Source: a virus
Lineage: Duplodnaviria; Caudoviricetes
IMG/VR virus record: IMGVR_UViG_3300037044_000012
Coordinates: 1 to 46,015 of that record
Reading direction: 5' to 3' (one strand)
DNA length: 46,015 nucleotides
The notes under the pieces are model-generated. The model worked only from the letters and a program-made list of their open reading frames with translations, had not been told where the DNA came from and searched no databases. This document shows, piece by piece, positions 35,186 to 43,936 of the stretch. The position numbers and the translations under genes are program-made. Positions within the stretch are counted from its first letter, which is position 1, and each line of letters opens with the position of its first letter.

Positions 35186-35469
35186 GGGAAGTACAGCTTC
35201 TTGTGAACGTATTCGAGACAACGGATCAGCGTGCGCGCCTCCTCTGGCACGCTAACGCAAGTCATGCGCTTAACTGGCGTCACATACTCGGGAGCCATCG
35301 GAAGCTTCACGCCAAAGCCGTCGCACACAACTTCGACGTAGGGCGTCGGGCGCATGTGACATTCCCTCTCGGCAACCTTTGGGTTGACGATCGTGACATG
35401 CACAGCGCCCTTCGCGGCGAGCGCAATGATGTAGCTGCCGATTAAAGCGGGATCGGAACTATCACTCAT
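35182..35469 (-). CDS. hypothetical protein
   Basis: Start reassigned to ATG 35469 (ATGA overlap). Confidence 0.55.
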   Translation of the reverse strand: MSDSSDPALIGSYIIALAAKGAVHVTIVNPKVAERECHMRPTPYVEVVCDGFGVKLPMAPEYVTPVKRMTCVSVPEEARTLIRCLEYVHKKLYFP

Positions 35470-35561
35470 AGCCCGCACAGCTTCAAAACGCCGCCGATGC
35501 AAAACGAAGCAATGCCAAGAAGACAAAGCACTAGTCCCGCGTACAGTAGAAAGTCGCTCAT
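35466..35561 (-). CDS. small single-pass membrane protein (31 aa, not in ORF track)
   Basis: MSDFLLYAGLVLCLLGIASFCIGGVLKLCGL; ATGA overlaps at both ends. Confidence 0.6.
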   Translation of the reverse strand: MSDFLLYAGLVLCLLGIASFCIGGVLKLCGL

Positions 35562-36010
35562 TTACGTTTCCCCGGCGCGTACGGCTTGGCGAGATAACGC
35601 TGAAACAGTGCGCGCTTCTCTTCGTTGTACATGATCCACTTTCGATCGCCCTTCTTGAACGCCTCGAACAGCGCGGAAAGCTCTGCCTCAAAGTCGCACA
35701 GCACGGCCGGGTGCAGAAGACGAAAGGCGCACCACGAAGCCCAGCCGGGCTGATGAAACGCGGGCATTGCTTCTCGATGTGCAACAGTGCCCGCGTAGCT
35801 CGTGAATATCACTGCACGTTTCGTGCCGCGTCCTTCGACGGTTATGTCAGTCGGCGACTTCTTCGCGAACCGAATCATTTCGTCGATGAATGCAAGCTCG
35901 CTCAGAACTTTCGGCTTCTTAGCCGAAGTCGCACTTGCCACCTTTGCTTTTTGCGAGCGGGCAGTATTTGCAGCCTTGGTCACTCGGCCTTTTAGTAAAG
36001 GTTTTGTCAT
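35558..36010 (-). CDS. hypothetical basic protein
   Basis: GGGAG RBS; overlaps the exonuclease 3' end by ~90 nt. Confidence 0.5.
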   Translation of the reverse strand: MTKPLLKGRVTKAANTARSQKAKVASATSAKKPKVLSELAFIDEMIRFAKKSPTDITVEGRGTKRAVIFTSYAGTVAHREAMPAFHQPGWASWCAFRLLHPAVLCDFEAELSALFEAFKKGDRKWIMYNEEKRALFQRYLAKPYAPGKRK

Positions 36011-36635
36011 TCTCAACGGCTCCCGCCCGTTTGTCCCACTTCGCGATCAGCGCTGATAGGTCTTTTCGAAAAAATTCGTCGTGCTTCTCTTGTCCAGTGT
36101 CAAGGTAGAAAAGCCGCGTCTCAACCCAATGTACTTGAGGGTAGCGCTGAAACACTGCGAGCGCCTGCGTCTCCATCTGCTCGACGTGATCTTCTTTCGG
36201 CTTGCCCGTCTTCCAGTCGGCGTTGCTGAAATGATTCGTCGGCCACAACACGCCGGCATCGAGAATGCTGCGGAAGTACGTGTCTTTTCCAAACCAGCTC
36301 GTAGGTTTGTATTCGCGCGTGTAGCCCCACTGTTGCTCAACAACGGGCTTCTGCTGACGAATCTCTTCGATGATGTGCGCGAACTTGTCGTACTTCTTCG
36401 CCTCGAAGCGCTGCGACGCGTGATAAGTCACCTTCTCTTGATCGGCGTAGTACGTGCCGTCAGGCCCGCCGATAAGATACGCCGCGATGCCGCCGTGAAC
36501 GCGCCGGCCGTGGATCAGCGGCGGGCCGGGATCGTCGACGAACACCGGATTCTTAAGGATGACCTTTTCGAGATACTTGAAGCCGCACTCGTTGTGCAGC
36601 TGCCACTTCGAATAGGACCAAGAGAAGTTAGCCAC
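35919..36635 (-). CDS. Cas4-like PD-(D/E)XK exonuclease
   Basis: SWSYS...C, GRRVH, ILD, ADWKTGK, Q, and C-terminal CKYCP...C; start reassigned to GTG 36635. Confidence 0.85.
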   Translation of the reverse strand: MANFSWSYSKWQLHNECGFKYLEKVILKNPVFVDDPGPPLIHGRRVHGGIAAYLIGGPDGTYYADQEKVTYHASQRFEAKKYDKFAHIIEEIRQQKPVVEQQWGYTREYKPTSWFGKDTYFRSILDAGVLWPTNHFSNADWKTGKPKEDHVEQMETQALAVFQRYPQVHWVETRLFYLDTGQEKHDEFFRKDLSALIAKWDKRAGAVENDKTFTKRPSDQGCKYCPLAKSKGGKCDFG

Positions 36636-36945
36636 TGACTTCGGTCCCCGCGACTTCCACTTCTTCGCCGCGCTCGAACTTAAGCACGGCCGCTTCAGCG
36701 TCCGCAAGCTCTTTCTCGGCGTCAGCTAGCATCGCCTTGCGCAGCGGCGTCCATGCGCGCAGCACGACAAACGTTGCGCGCGCCTCTTCCTCGGTCAAGC
36801 TGCCGCGCGTCCAAGTCACAGCGAGCGAAGGCGGCGCTTCCGTGGGCAAGTTGGCGTCGATGTCCGCGAGCTTCGCTTGCGCCGCCGCGTAGCGCTCATA
36901 CAGAGCGATGCGCTCGGCGATTTGCGCGGGAGTAAGAACAGCCAT
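36628..36945 (-). CDS. hypothetical protein
   Basis: Helical ORF, GGGGAG RBS. Confidence 0.6.
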   Translation of the reverse strand: MAVLTPAQIAERIALYERYAAAQAKLADIDANLPTEAPPSLAVTWTRGSLTEEEARATFVVLRAWTPLRKAMLADAEKELADAEAAVLKFERGEEVEVAGTEVSG

Positions 36946-37058
36946 CACGCTCCCCAAAAGATAAAGCGCACAGCCGCCGCGAACATCGCCAGCCTAAAGA
37001 TAAGCGTGGCGAGCGCGTCGCGTGTGGCGATGTATTTTTGTTGTTCGAGCCAATTCAT
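36945..37058 (-). CDS. small membrane protein (37 aa, not in ORF track)
   Basis: MNWLEQQKYIATRDALATLIFRLAMFAAAVRFIFWGA; fills the gap exactly, TGATG coupling. Confidence 0.55.
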   Translation of the reverse strand: MNWLEQQKYIATRDALATLIFRLAMFAAAVRFIFWGA

Positions 37059-37060
37059 AA

Positions 37061-37774
37061 TCAGATTTTCTCTGGAAAGCCCATTTCGTCGGACTTTGTG
37101 TTGAAGGCGAGTTGCAGGCAGTCGTACGCATCGAACTGCAACTTGTTGGCAAGGTTGAACACCGTGCAGAGCACATCGCCCAGCTCGTACGCCGCGCGCT
37201 TATGAAGCTCGTGTTCGTTGTCTTCGCCCGGCTTGTAGTTGCCCGGCATCTTCATTTCGTGCCGGCGCAGTTTCTTGACGGCGTTGACGAGTTCGCCGAC
37301 TTCGCCAGCGACTTCCGCAGCGCGCTCGAAGCACGTGAACTGCGGATTAGCGAACGCAACAGCGTCGGCCATGTTCGTAAACGTCGCAAGCGGATTGCCG
37401 TCTGCGTCGTGGACGTGGAACGGGCCAGCGTCACTAGTGGCTTTCAACGTACGTCCGCCGTTGTCAGCGTTCCAGCGCGAGTTGCGATGCGCGTGCAGCG
37501 ACTGAATGAGCTGGAAGCTCGTCTGCGGGAGGCTGATGCCACGCCGCTCGATTTCGCCCAGCAGTTCGGGCACGCTCGCGCCGGTCAAGGCGAGATTGCC
37601 CAGCACTGCGGCTTCAGGCTTCTTGCCGATAATCAAATGGTCGCTCATGTTTATCCACTCCACTTTGTCTTCTTCGCCGCTGAATACTTTCCACGCCCAG
37701 CTATCGCGCCAACCTGACGGCCCTTCGAGAATTATAGTGCGTTCACTAGGGTTTGAATGTTCTCTTTCAAGCAC
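37061..37774 (-). CDS. MazG-like nucleotide pyrophosphohydrolase
   Basis: EVAGEVGELVNAVKK...ELGDVL motif; an alternative start at ATG 37648 is possible. Confidence 0.8.
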   Translation of the reverse strand: MLEREHSNPSERTIILEGPSGWRDSWAWKVFSGEEDKVEWINMSDHLIIGKKPEAAVLGNLALTGASVPELLGEIERRGISLPQTSFQLIQSLHAHRNSRWNADNGGRTLKATSDAGPFHVHDADGNPLATFTNMADAVAFANPQFTCFERAAEVAGEVGELVNAVKKLRRHEMKMPGNYKPGEDNEHELHKRAAYELGDVLCTVFNLANKLQFDAYDCLQLAFNTKSDEMGFPEKI

Positions 37775-37971
37775 AGCACGCGCTCCCGTTCTCGCTTAGC
37801 GTGGGCGTCCATAGGTGCGACGCTAGTCTGAAGCACCGTACGCAAATCTTCGAGCGCTTTGAAAGTCGAAACTACCTTGCCGTCGTTGAGCAAGTTCATA
37901 ATGCGCTGCAACTCGCTGTTCAGCGCACGCTGCGTATCGGGAGTCATTGTCAGTGTTGCGCCGCGTAACAT
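37732..37971 (-). CDS. hypothetical protein
   Basis: TAATG coupling at 37971. Confidence 0.5.
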   Translation of the reverse strand: MLRGATLTMTPDTQRALNSELQRIMNLLNDGKVVSTFKALEDLRTVLQTSVAPMDAHAKRERERVLCLKENIQTLVNAL

Positions 37972-38192
37972 TATCGCATCCCCGCCAGCTTCATGCCGAA
38001 ACGAGAGCCCGGCTCGAAGCGCCCGTTTGCTTGGCACTTCTCGAAAAAGTTTTGCAGCGCTCGCTCGTAGTTGAAGCGCGCCTCTGGATAGAAGTCGTCG
38101 ACGATTGCGACGCTCTGAATTGTTTCCTTGTACGTCTTAGCGAGCGCTTCCAGCGCGTCGAACTCTGCGCTCTGCGTTTCAACGGTGCTCAT
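37971..38192 (-). CDS. hypothetical protein
   Basis: Start ATG 38192 overlapping the polymerase stop. Confidence 0.55.
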   Translation of the reverse strand: MSTVETQSAEFDALEALAKTYKETIQSVAIVDDFYPEARFNYERALQNFFEKCQANGRFEPGSRFGMKLAGMR

Positions 38193-40252
38193 GCTGCTTC
38201 CTTCCACGGCTCGTAAGCTTCTTCTTTCACCACTGCGCCCCAGCGCTCGCCGACTTTCCCGTCGCTCAGCATCGGGCAGCGGTTCAAGCGTTGCTTGCAC
38301 ATTTCTTCGCGCAATATCCGCATCTGCTGTTTCGCGATGTCGCGCGGCGACGACACGTTTATTTCGTCGTACACCGTCACAAGGAAGCGCGCCGCGCGGT
38401 ACGGATTATTGTACCAGTCAATGAGCGCTTGCTTTGTGATGTCGGCAGCGCTCCCCTGTACGAGATAGTTGATAAGCTTGTATTCGAACGACTTGAGACG
38501 GCCTTCAATGAATTTCGGCTCTTCGACGAAATAGATACGCCCGCCCCACGTGCGGATCGGCTGGCCGAACTGCGCCTGTTTCTTACACCAATCGTCGAGC
38601 AGCTTGCGACCGGGCAGCGCTTGATCGTGGTCCGCGCAGAACTGTTTAGCGTCTGGCATCGACAGCCCCAGCGCTTGCGCCACAGCGCCCGCGCCGCCGC
38701 CGTAAATCTTGCGGAAGTTCGTGACCTTGACTTGTGTGCGCAAGTGCGAGTTGAACTTGTCGAGACGGTCTTGCTCCCACGCCTTGTCAGGCTGGAAGCG
38801 CGCGACCTTGCCTTGCAGATTGTTCTTAACCCAAGTGTGAGGGTCGAGCGCCGGATCAATCAGATACTGCGCGAGCAGCGACTGATCGAAGTTCTCGGTA
38901 GCCCATTGCGCGCCTTCGAAGTCGGCGAACACTCGCAGCTCTTGGCCGCTGAAATCTCGGTGTAGCCACAGCTCGCCGGGGTCGGGCAAGTTGTATTTAC
39001 GCACGAGCGGCAAGTTCGGCACGCCTAGAAACGACGGATGCACGTAGCCGTCAGGGCGGTCTTCAAAGCTATTGCTGATGTTTAGGAAGTTGTGATCGTG
39101 GCAACTCGGTCGGCCCGTACGCGTACCGCCGTCGACGCCGCGCGTTTGATTCCAGTTCGTCGTTATGACGCCGCCGCTCTGCTGCGCTTGCGCGAGCCAC
39201 GGGCGCATGAACATTTTCAGACACGTCGCCAGTCTATTACGATAACTAACGGCTGATGCGACGGCGGGGTCGCTAAACATTTCGGGCTTGAGGCTATCTT
39301 TTCCCACGCGATATTCTTTTTTCGCGGGGGTTCGCTCGAACTGATCTTCGCGGACAATTCCCGCTCTAATGAGTGCATGAGCGAAATCTTGGTCGGCGTC
39401 AAAGTTAAGATCAGGCGCATCAAGTCGTTCGCGCAAGGCACGTTCAACGTGGTCAAAGGCAGCGCCATAAAGCTCCGTCTCCTGTTCGAGCAGCGGCAGA
39501 TCGACAAAGATGCCGGTTTGCTCGTTCTCCAGCAAGATCGGCATTAGCTCGCGTTCGCGGTCATACGCTTCGAGCATTTCCCACTGCACGACGTAATCGT
39601 ACATCATAACGAACAGCGCTTCGGTGCGATCCGTGTCGCCCTCCGCGTAACGTCCGACTAGATCGCCGGGAGCCCACGGGAAGTAGTCGGACGGGTTCGT
39701 TGACTTCACCGTACCGTCAGCGAGCTTCTTCTGCGAACGCTTGACCTTGAGCGGGCCGGTTTCCTTATCGTTGAGCCAGTGCGGATAGTTCGTTGCAACT
39801 GTGTGGTCGAGTTGCAGGCGATGCTCCCAGCACCAAATCGCAACTTCGTCGCGCTCGCCAGCCGGCCAGTTCAAGTGTTGCGCGGCCAGCTCTTTCAAGC
39901 CGTGGTTGAACGCATGAGGGTCGCACAGGAACGCTAAGAACGCCGTGTCATGTAGGCGCGTCCAATGCAGACGCGGATCGCGTAGCCCGATGCCAAGCCA
40001 ACTGCACAACACTTCCACATCGAACTTGGAGTTATGGAAGCACAGGAACTCGTCACTGTTGATCGCCTTGAGCAGCGCTTCCTTAGCTGTGCCTTCTTCG
40101 CAGTTGTTCTCGGTCGCGTGACCGAAGGCGTAATAACGCGACGGTTGGCCCGGCCACTTGATCGACACGCCGACAGGACGCGGCGGATAGACGGGACGCG
40201 ATTCGATGCGCCACGTTTCGAAGTCGATGCTGATGACGGGCGGAGCGCTCAC
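38189..40252 (-). CDS. family A DNA polymerase with 3'-5' exonuclease
   Basis: IDFET, HNSKFD, YAEGD exo motifs; TRTGRPS, DFSGQELR, KVTNF..IYG, QGSAAD and VYDEI; start GTG 40252. Confidence 0.95.
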   Translation of the reverse strand: MSAPPVISIDFETWRIESRPVYPPRPVGVSIKWPGQPSRYYAFGHATENNCEEGTAKEALLKAINSDEFLCFHNSKFDVEVLCSWLGIGLRDPRLHWTRLHDTAFLAFLCDPHAFNHGLKELAAQHLNWPAGERDEVAIWCWEHRLQLDHTVATNYPHWLNDKETGPLKVKRSQKKLADGTVKSTNPSDYFPWAPGDLVGRYAEGDTDRTEALFVMMYDYVVQWEMLEAYDRERELMPILLENEQTGIFVDLPLLEQETELYGAAFDHVERALRERLDAPDLNFDADQDFAHALIRAGIVREDQFERTPAKKEYRVGKDSLKPEMFSDPAVASAVSYRNRLATCLKMFMRPWLAQAQQSGGVITTNWNQTRGVDGGTRTGRPSCHDHNFLNISNSFEDRPDGYVHPSFLGVPNLPLVRKYNLPDPGELWLHRDFSGQELRVFADFEGAQWATENFDQSLLAQYLIDPALDPHTWVKNNLQGKVARFQPDKAWEQDRLDKFNSHLRTQVKVTNFRKIYGGGAGAVAQALGLSMPDAKQFCADHDQALPGRKLLDDWCKKQAQFGQPIRTWGGRIYFVEEPKFIEGRLKSFEYKLINYLVQGSAADITKQALIDWYNNPYRAARFLVTVYDEINVSSPRDIAKQQMRILREEMCKQRLNRCPMLSDGKVGERWGAVVKEEAYEPWKEAA

Positions 40253-40701
40253 TTGCGCAACGCCATAGCTTGGTGCCACACGCCCGGCTCTGAGCGAACC
40301 GTCATCACGGCGAACTCTTGCCCCGACTTAACGGCGGGCTTCTTTTCAAACGTCACGCCAACGCCGCGCAACAACTCAGTCAAAACGTGCTCAGCCAAGC
40401 TTGCTGACAGCTCTTCTCGAACACGCTTCTGATATGCTTCGTCGGCGAAGATAGGGCCAGTCCGTGCGCGGCGGTCGATTTCTTCTCGCACAGTTGCAGA
40501 CGTGACAACCCTATTTATTAGAGCCTGCCAATCCTTCGACGCCTCAAGCGCACGCTCAGCTTTGAGCATCCTTTCACGCGCACGATCGCGCTCGTCTTGG
40601 CGTTGCTTGCGATAGGTGTCGAGAGAGTGCAGCTCAGTTTGCAGCAGCCAACAGGCGAGACGGCTCAGAAGCGTCTTCTTTTGATACTGTAACTTATACA
40701 T
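40249..40701 (-). CDS. hypothetical protein
   Basis: 150 aa, AGGGGA RBS. Confidence 0.6.
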   Translation of the reverse strand: MYKLQYQKKTLLSRLACWLLQTELHSLDTYRKQRQDERDRARERMLKAERALEASKDWQALINRVVTSATVREEIDRRARTGPIFADEAYQKRVREELSASLAEHVLTELLRGVGVTFEKKPAVKSGQEFAVMTVRSEPGVWHQAMALRK

Positions 40702-40888
40702 TACGTCCCCTGAAACTGCTATCTGGAAAGGCTGTGCAACCCTAATTACCGCGCCCTGTGCTTGCTCACTGTTAGTCCGGCGCGAACCAGAAACTGTGCC
40801 CGATATCTCGCCTCGGAGCCGGGCTACGGTTCAGCTGAAGGCTCGACCGTTGCGCGGGCGAGTTGTTCCAGCAGCCTCCCCAACCTTC

Positions 40889-41752
40889 TTAGCGGCGAAT
40901 ACCGCGTTGCCCACCGAAGCGCCCAGCAGCCACGGGCGGAGGCGCGATGTCTTCCGCGCTCGGCGCTTCATAGCCCTTGAACGGCTCGCTTTCGAGCACG
41001 TCGACGCGCGGGATAATGCCCTTGAGCATTTCCGGCGTCGCCAGCTCGATCAGCTCGAAGTTCACGCTGAACTGGTTCGTTTGGTGCGGCGTCAGATAGA
41101 TTTTCGTGACAGCGCCGTACGGCGCGCGGGCGTGCTGAACGCGAAGCATCTTGCGATACTTCTCGAACGCACTGCCGCTCGTCACAGGAATGTTCAAGAA
41201 CACAACGTCCGCGCCGGCATAGTGATCGGCAGTGTCGTGCAGCCCCAGCTCCCAGTCGCGGCGGTTCGGCGCTTGCTGATACAAGCCGGCCGGCAGCAGC
41301 GCGAGGCGATACTGATTCTTGCACGCCTTGCCACGGCCCGGAACGCCGTTGCGCATTGCGCTCCCCCACTCGGCCATCGGGCAGCCGTCACAGCCGCCGA
41401 CAATCACGCCGCCCTTGCCGTCGTCGGCCATGTTCTGCGGCATGAAGTATTCTTGGTCGCGGCTCATGCTCTCCAAGTGCGGAACCATGTCGCGCGGCTC
41501 GCCGCGTGTGAACGCGTAGCAGACTGGCGGCACTTTGTTGTTCGGATCGTACGCGCCTTCGTAATACAGGTTCTGCAAGACGCTATCGACGATGACGACG
41601 GCGACTTGGTTGCCCGGCAGCTGTTCGTCGCCAAGCGCCAGAACGCCGCTGCGTGTCGACAGGAATGCGCCTTCGCTGCTGCGATCTTGCTTCGCGTACT
41701 TCTCCGCGTCGGCAGCTAGCCGCGCGTCGTAGTTCATAATCTCAGTGCCCAC
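40889..41752 (-). CDS. putative ssDNA-binding/annealing protein
   Basis: YYEGAYDP...PVCYA, CDGCP..EWGS...GRGKACK pattern seen in conserved replication-module proteins upstream of phage PolA. Function inferred. Confidence 0.55.
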   Translation of the reverse strand: MGTEIMNYDARLAADAEKYAKQDRSSEGAFLSTRSGVLALGDEQLPGNQVAVVIVDSVLQNLYYEGAYDPNNKVPPVCYAFTRGEPRDMVPHLESMSRDQEYFMPQNMADDGKGGVIVGGCDGCPMAEWGSAMRNGVPGRGKACKNQYRLALLPAGLYQQAPNRRDWELGLHDTADHYAGADVVFLNIPVTSGSAFEKYRKMLRVQHARAPYGAVTKIYLTPHQTNQFSVNFELIELATPEMLKGIIPRVDVLESEPFKGYEAPSAEDIAPPPVAAGRFGGQRGIRR

Positions 41753-41753
41753 T

Positions 41754-42671
41754 TCAGCCTCCGCTGGACAGTTTGTTCAGTGCCAAGAAATCGACAGGCT
41801 TGGCGAGCCCGACTTTTGGAAATTCGTCCCACTCTCGCGGCCCTGACGGTGGACCGCCTTCGTCTTCCATGCGCTCAATCGGGCACGGCTCTTTCAGAGC
41901 TTCGTCACGACGCCCTGTAATTTCGTCGACAACGGCGGCGGCCTTCTCGATTATGTCATGCACAACCATGCCGTTGTCGTCAACGCTCATTAGTACGCCG
42001 AAAGAGCGGTCGCCGTAATCCCAACCTGTAAACACAGGCTCAGACTTAACGCCTAGCTGTGCAACGTCGAGTTTCCAGTCTTCCCCTGAATAGCGCGCGC
42101 TTCCACGTCTGAACGTGTCCCACAAGTCTGCGGAAGCTTTTGCCCACTCTTCGGCGCGGCTCAACGCGTCGGATTCGCTGACTATATGCGCCGGGCGCGC
42201 GTCCGAAGGGTTGGCAGAGTAAAGGCCGTGCGCGATGCGCGGATCGACGGACGTGTCGCCCCAAATCACGTCTTCGGCGCGCACTGCCGTCGTCGGGGGA
42301 AGGTCTAGCAGGCGGCGCATGTTCTCGTATTTCGCCGCACGTGCAGCAGCAACTTCTGCGCTGATGCCTTGTTGACGCGACTTTATGACGACGTGATACG
42401 GGCGCGGACCCTTCTCGACGATCGGCGGAGTTATGCGCGTGGCAAGGTTGTGCGCCAGTGGATCGCGAAGGCCAAGTGTTCGAAGGCCAACGCGAAGGCC
42501 AAGCTCATAGGCGCGGCGCGCAAGCGCGCAAATGTCGTCGTGCTCAAGCCTGTGGTTGTCGTCAATAGCGTCCGTTACGAACGCGTGCAGAACGCGCAAG
42601 TTTTCGTCGCGCTCGCGCTCAAGCGGCGCTTCGTCTTGAATGCGCAAGTGATCGCTATGCGACTTACTCAT
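41754..42671 (-). CDS. hypothetical protein
   Basis: 305 aa ORF in the operon. Confidence 0.6.
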   Translation of the reverse strand: MSKSHSDHLRIQDEAPLERERDENLRVLHAFVTDAIDDNHRLEHDDICALARRAYELGLRVGLRTLGLRDPLAHNLATRITPPIVEKGPRPYHVVIKSRQQGISAEVAAARAAKYENMRRLLDLPPTTAVRAEDVIWGDTSVDPRIAHGLYSANPSDARPAHIVSESDALSRAEEWAKASADLWDTFRRGSARYSGEDWKLDVAQLGVKSEPVFTGWDYGDRSFGVLMSVDDNGMVVHDIIEKAAAVVDEITGRRDEALKEPCPIERMEDEGGPPSGPREWDEFPKVGLAKPVDFLALNKLSSGG

Positions 42672-42972
42672 CGTCTTCGCCCTCTTCCGCCGCCATACGC
42701 TCAGCCAACTCGGCCGCGATGATCGCTTTCTCGAACACGAGCACAGCGTTACGCGCCGGCCCGCCCATTTCCTCGAACAGCGCTTCGGCGCTCTCTTCGT
42801 GCGTCACGGCCGCTTGCGCCACGGTCGACGCGAACAGCGAAACAGAGACGCTAAGCGCTAAGTCCCAGTCGCCGTCACAGATCGTGAGCAGCATCTGGCC
42901 CATGTTGTTCGTAAGCTTGTTGACAAGCTCGACGCGCTCAGCGTCTGCGGTTTTGCGTTCGCGCAGTGCCAT
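42664..42972 (-). CDS. hypothetical protein
   Basis: 102 aa, TAATG coupling. Confidence 0.65.
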   Translation of the reverse strand: MALRERKTADAERVELVNKLTNNMGQMLLTICDGDWDLALSVSVSLFASTVAQAAVTHEESAEALFEEMGGPARNAVLVFEKAIIAAELAERMAAEEGEDDE

Positions 42973-43238
42973 TAGCGAACCCCGCCCGGCCCGGCCGGCT
43001 TATCTTGCATCGCATTGATGCGCTCGTCGAGCACGTCGCGATACAGGCTCATGTACGTGTGCTGACGACGCAGCCGCGCAACTTCGTCGGCGGGCACGCC
43101 TAGGCGATCCAGGCGCGGTTGATCCGTGAGAAAGTTGCGCAGAGCTTCGAGCTTGTCGCTCAGCTCGGCGCGCTCGGTCATAACGCGGGCTTTGTAAGCG
43201 TCAGCCATTGCGTTCGCTACGTCCTGAAGGTTTGCCAT
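42972..43238 (-). CDS. crAss001_48-like coiled-coil protein
   Basis: YKARV..ERAELSDKLEALRNFL...L.RQ..YM..YRDVLDERI pattern. Confidence 0.65.
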   Translation of the reverse strand: MANLQDVANAMADAYKARVMTERAELSDKLEALRNFLTDQPRLDRLGVPADEVARLRRQHTYMSLYRDVLDERINAMQDKPAGPGGVR

Positions 43239-43498
43239 TAGTCCGAATATCCCCCGCCGCTCGCCAAGTACGGCCGTCCCTTAAACGCTAGCGCCAAGGC
43301 GCGCGCCTTAGCCTCGGTGTTCAGCACGCGAGCAGCGCTGCGCGCGCCGGCCTCGGTCTTCCACCAACTGCGCTTGAACCGCTTGATACGCTTAGTGAGC
43401 GTGTAGCCGTTGCACGTCAACGCCCAAACCTTCGTTATTGGGAGAAACGTAACGTCGTATTCTGCGGCGGGCGAACGGTCGGGAGTGTCGCTAATCAT
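43238..43498 (-). CDS. hypothetical protein
   Basis: Start reassigned to ATG 43498 (ATGA overlap). Confidence 0.55.
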   Translation of the reverse strand: MISDTPDRSPAAEYDVTFLPITKVWALTCNGYTLTKRIKRFKRSWWKTEAGARSAARVLNTEAKARALALAFKGRPYLASGGGYSD

Positions 43499-43914
43499 CG
43501 CTTTGTCACCGAAAGCTTCGGCGTGTTGAACCGTTGGATACCGGGCAGCTTCCACCACTCGTCAGTGTCCGTGACGGCCTTGTCGCTCAGGCGCTTTTGC
43601 AGGAAGTCGAAGCGCCCCGTCTCGCCGATGTACGCGAGTATCGCGTCCCAATCTTTAATCGTCGGCACTTCTTTGTTGATGACTGCGAACGAATAGCCGC
43701 CGCTGACGAAGCCCTTGTCGACCGGCACTTCTGCAATAATGCTTTCGCTAATCAGCGTCTCGAACGCCTTGAGCCGCGCCGCAGCCTTGTCGGCCTCAAG
43801 ACGCTCTTCGCGCACAGCGCGGTAAATGTCGCCGCGATCTTCCAGGCTCAGCGTGCGAATGTAGTTCGCACAAGCCTCTGGCGCGTCGCGCAAGGCGTCG
43901 GCATTAAGTATCAT
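43495..43914 (-). CDS. conserved replication-module protein
   Basis: DWDAILAYI.E.GRFDFLQKRLS...LPGI motif, typical of small genes upstream of phage ssDNA-binding/PolA genes. Confidence 0.6.
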   Translation of the reverse strand: MILNADALRDAPEACANYIRTLSLEDRGDIYRAVREERLEADKAAARLKAFETLISESIIAEVPVDKGFVSGGYSFAVINKEVPTIKDWDAILAYIGETGRFDFLQKRLSDKAVTDTDEWWKLPGIQRFNTPKLSVTKR

Positions 43915-43936
43915 AGTGAAACAGGCTCCCTCTTAC

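Noticed and set aside
35745-35765. CTGATGA...GAAA-like text suggesting a second hammerhead
   Set aside because: No stem II between the core segments, and it lies antisense within a CDS.
35919-36635. CRISPR association of the Cas4-like gene
   Set aside because: No repeat-spacer array or other cas genes; solo Cas4-like exonucleases are common in phage replication modules.
27485-40252. Z-base (2-aminoadenine) or other modified-genome system suggested by diphosphohydrolase, MazG and PolA
   Set aside because: No PurZ/adenylosuccinate synthetase or other modification enzyme is recognisable, and apparent restriction-site avoidance argues against it.
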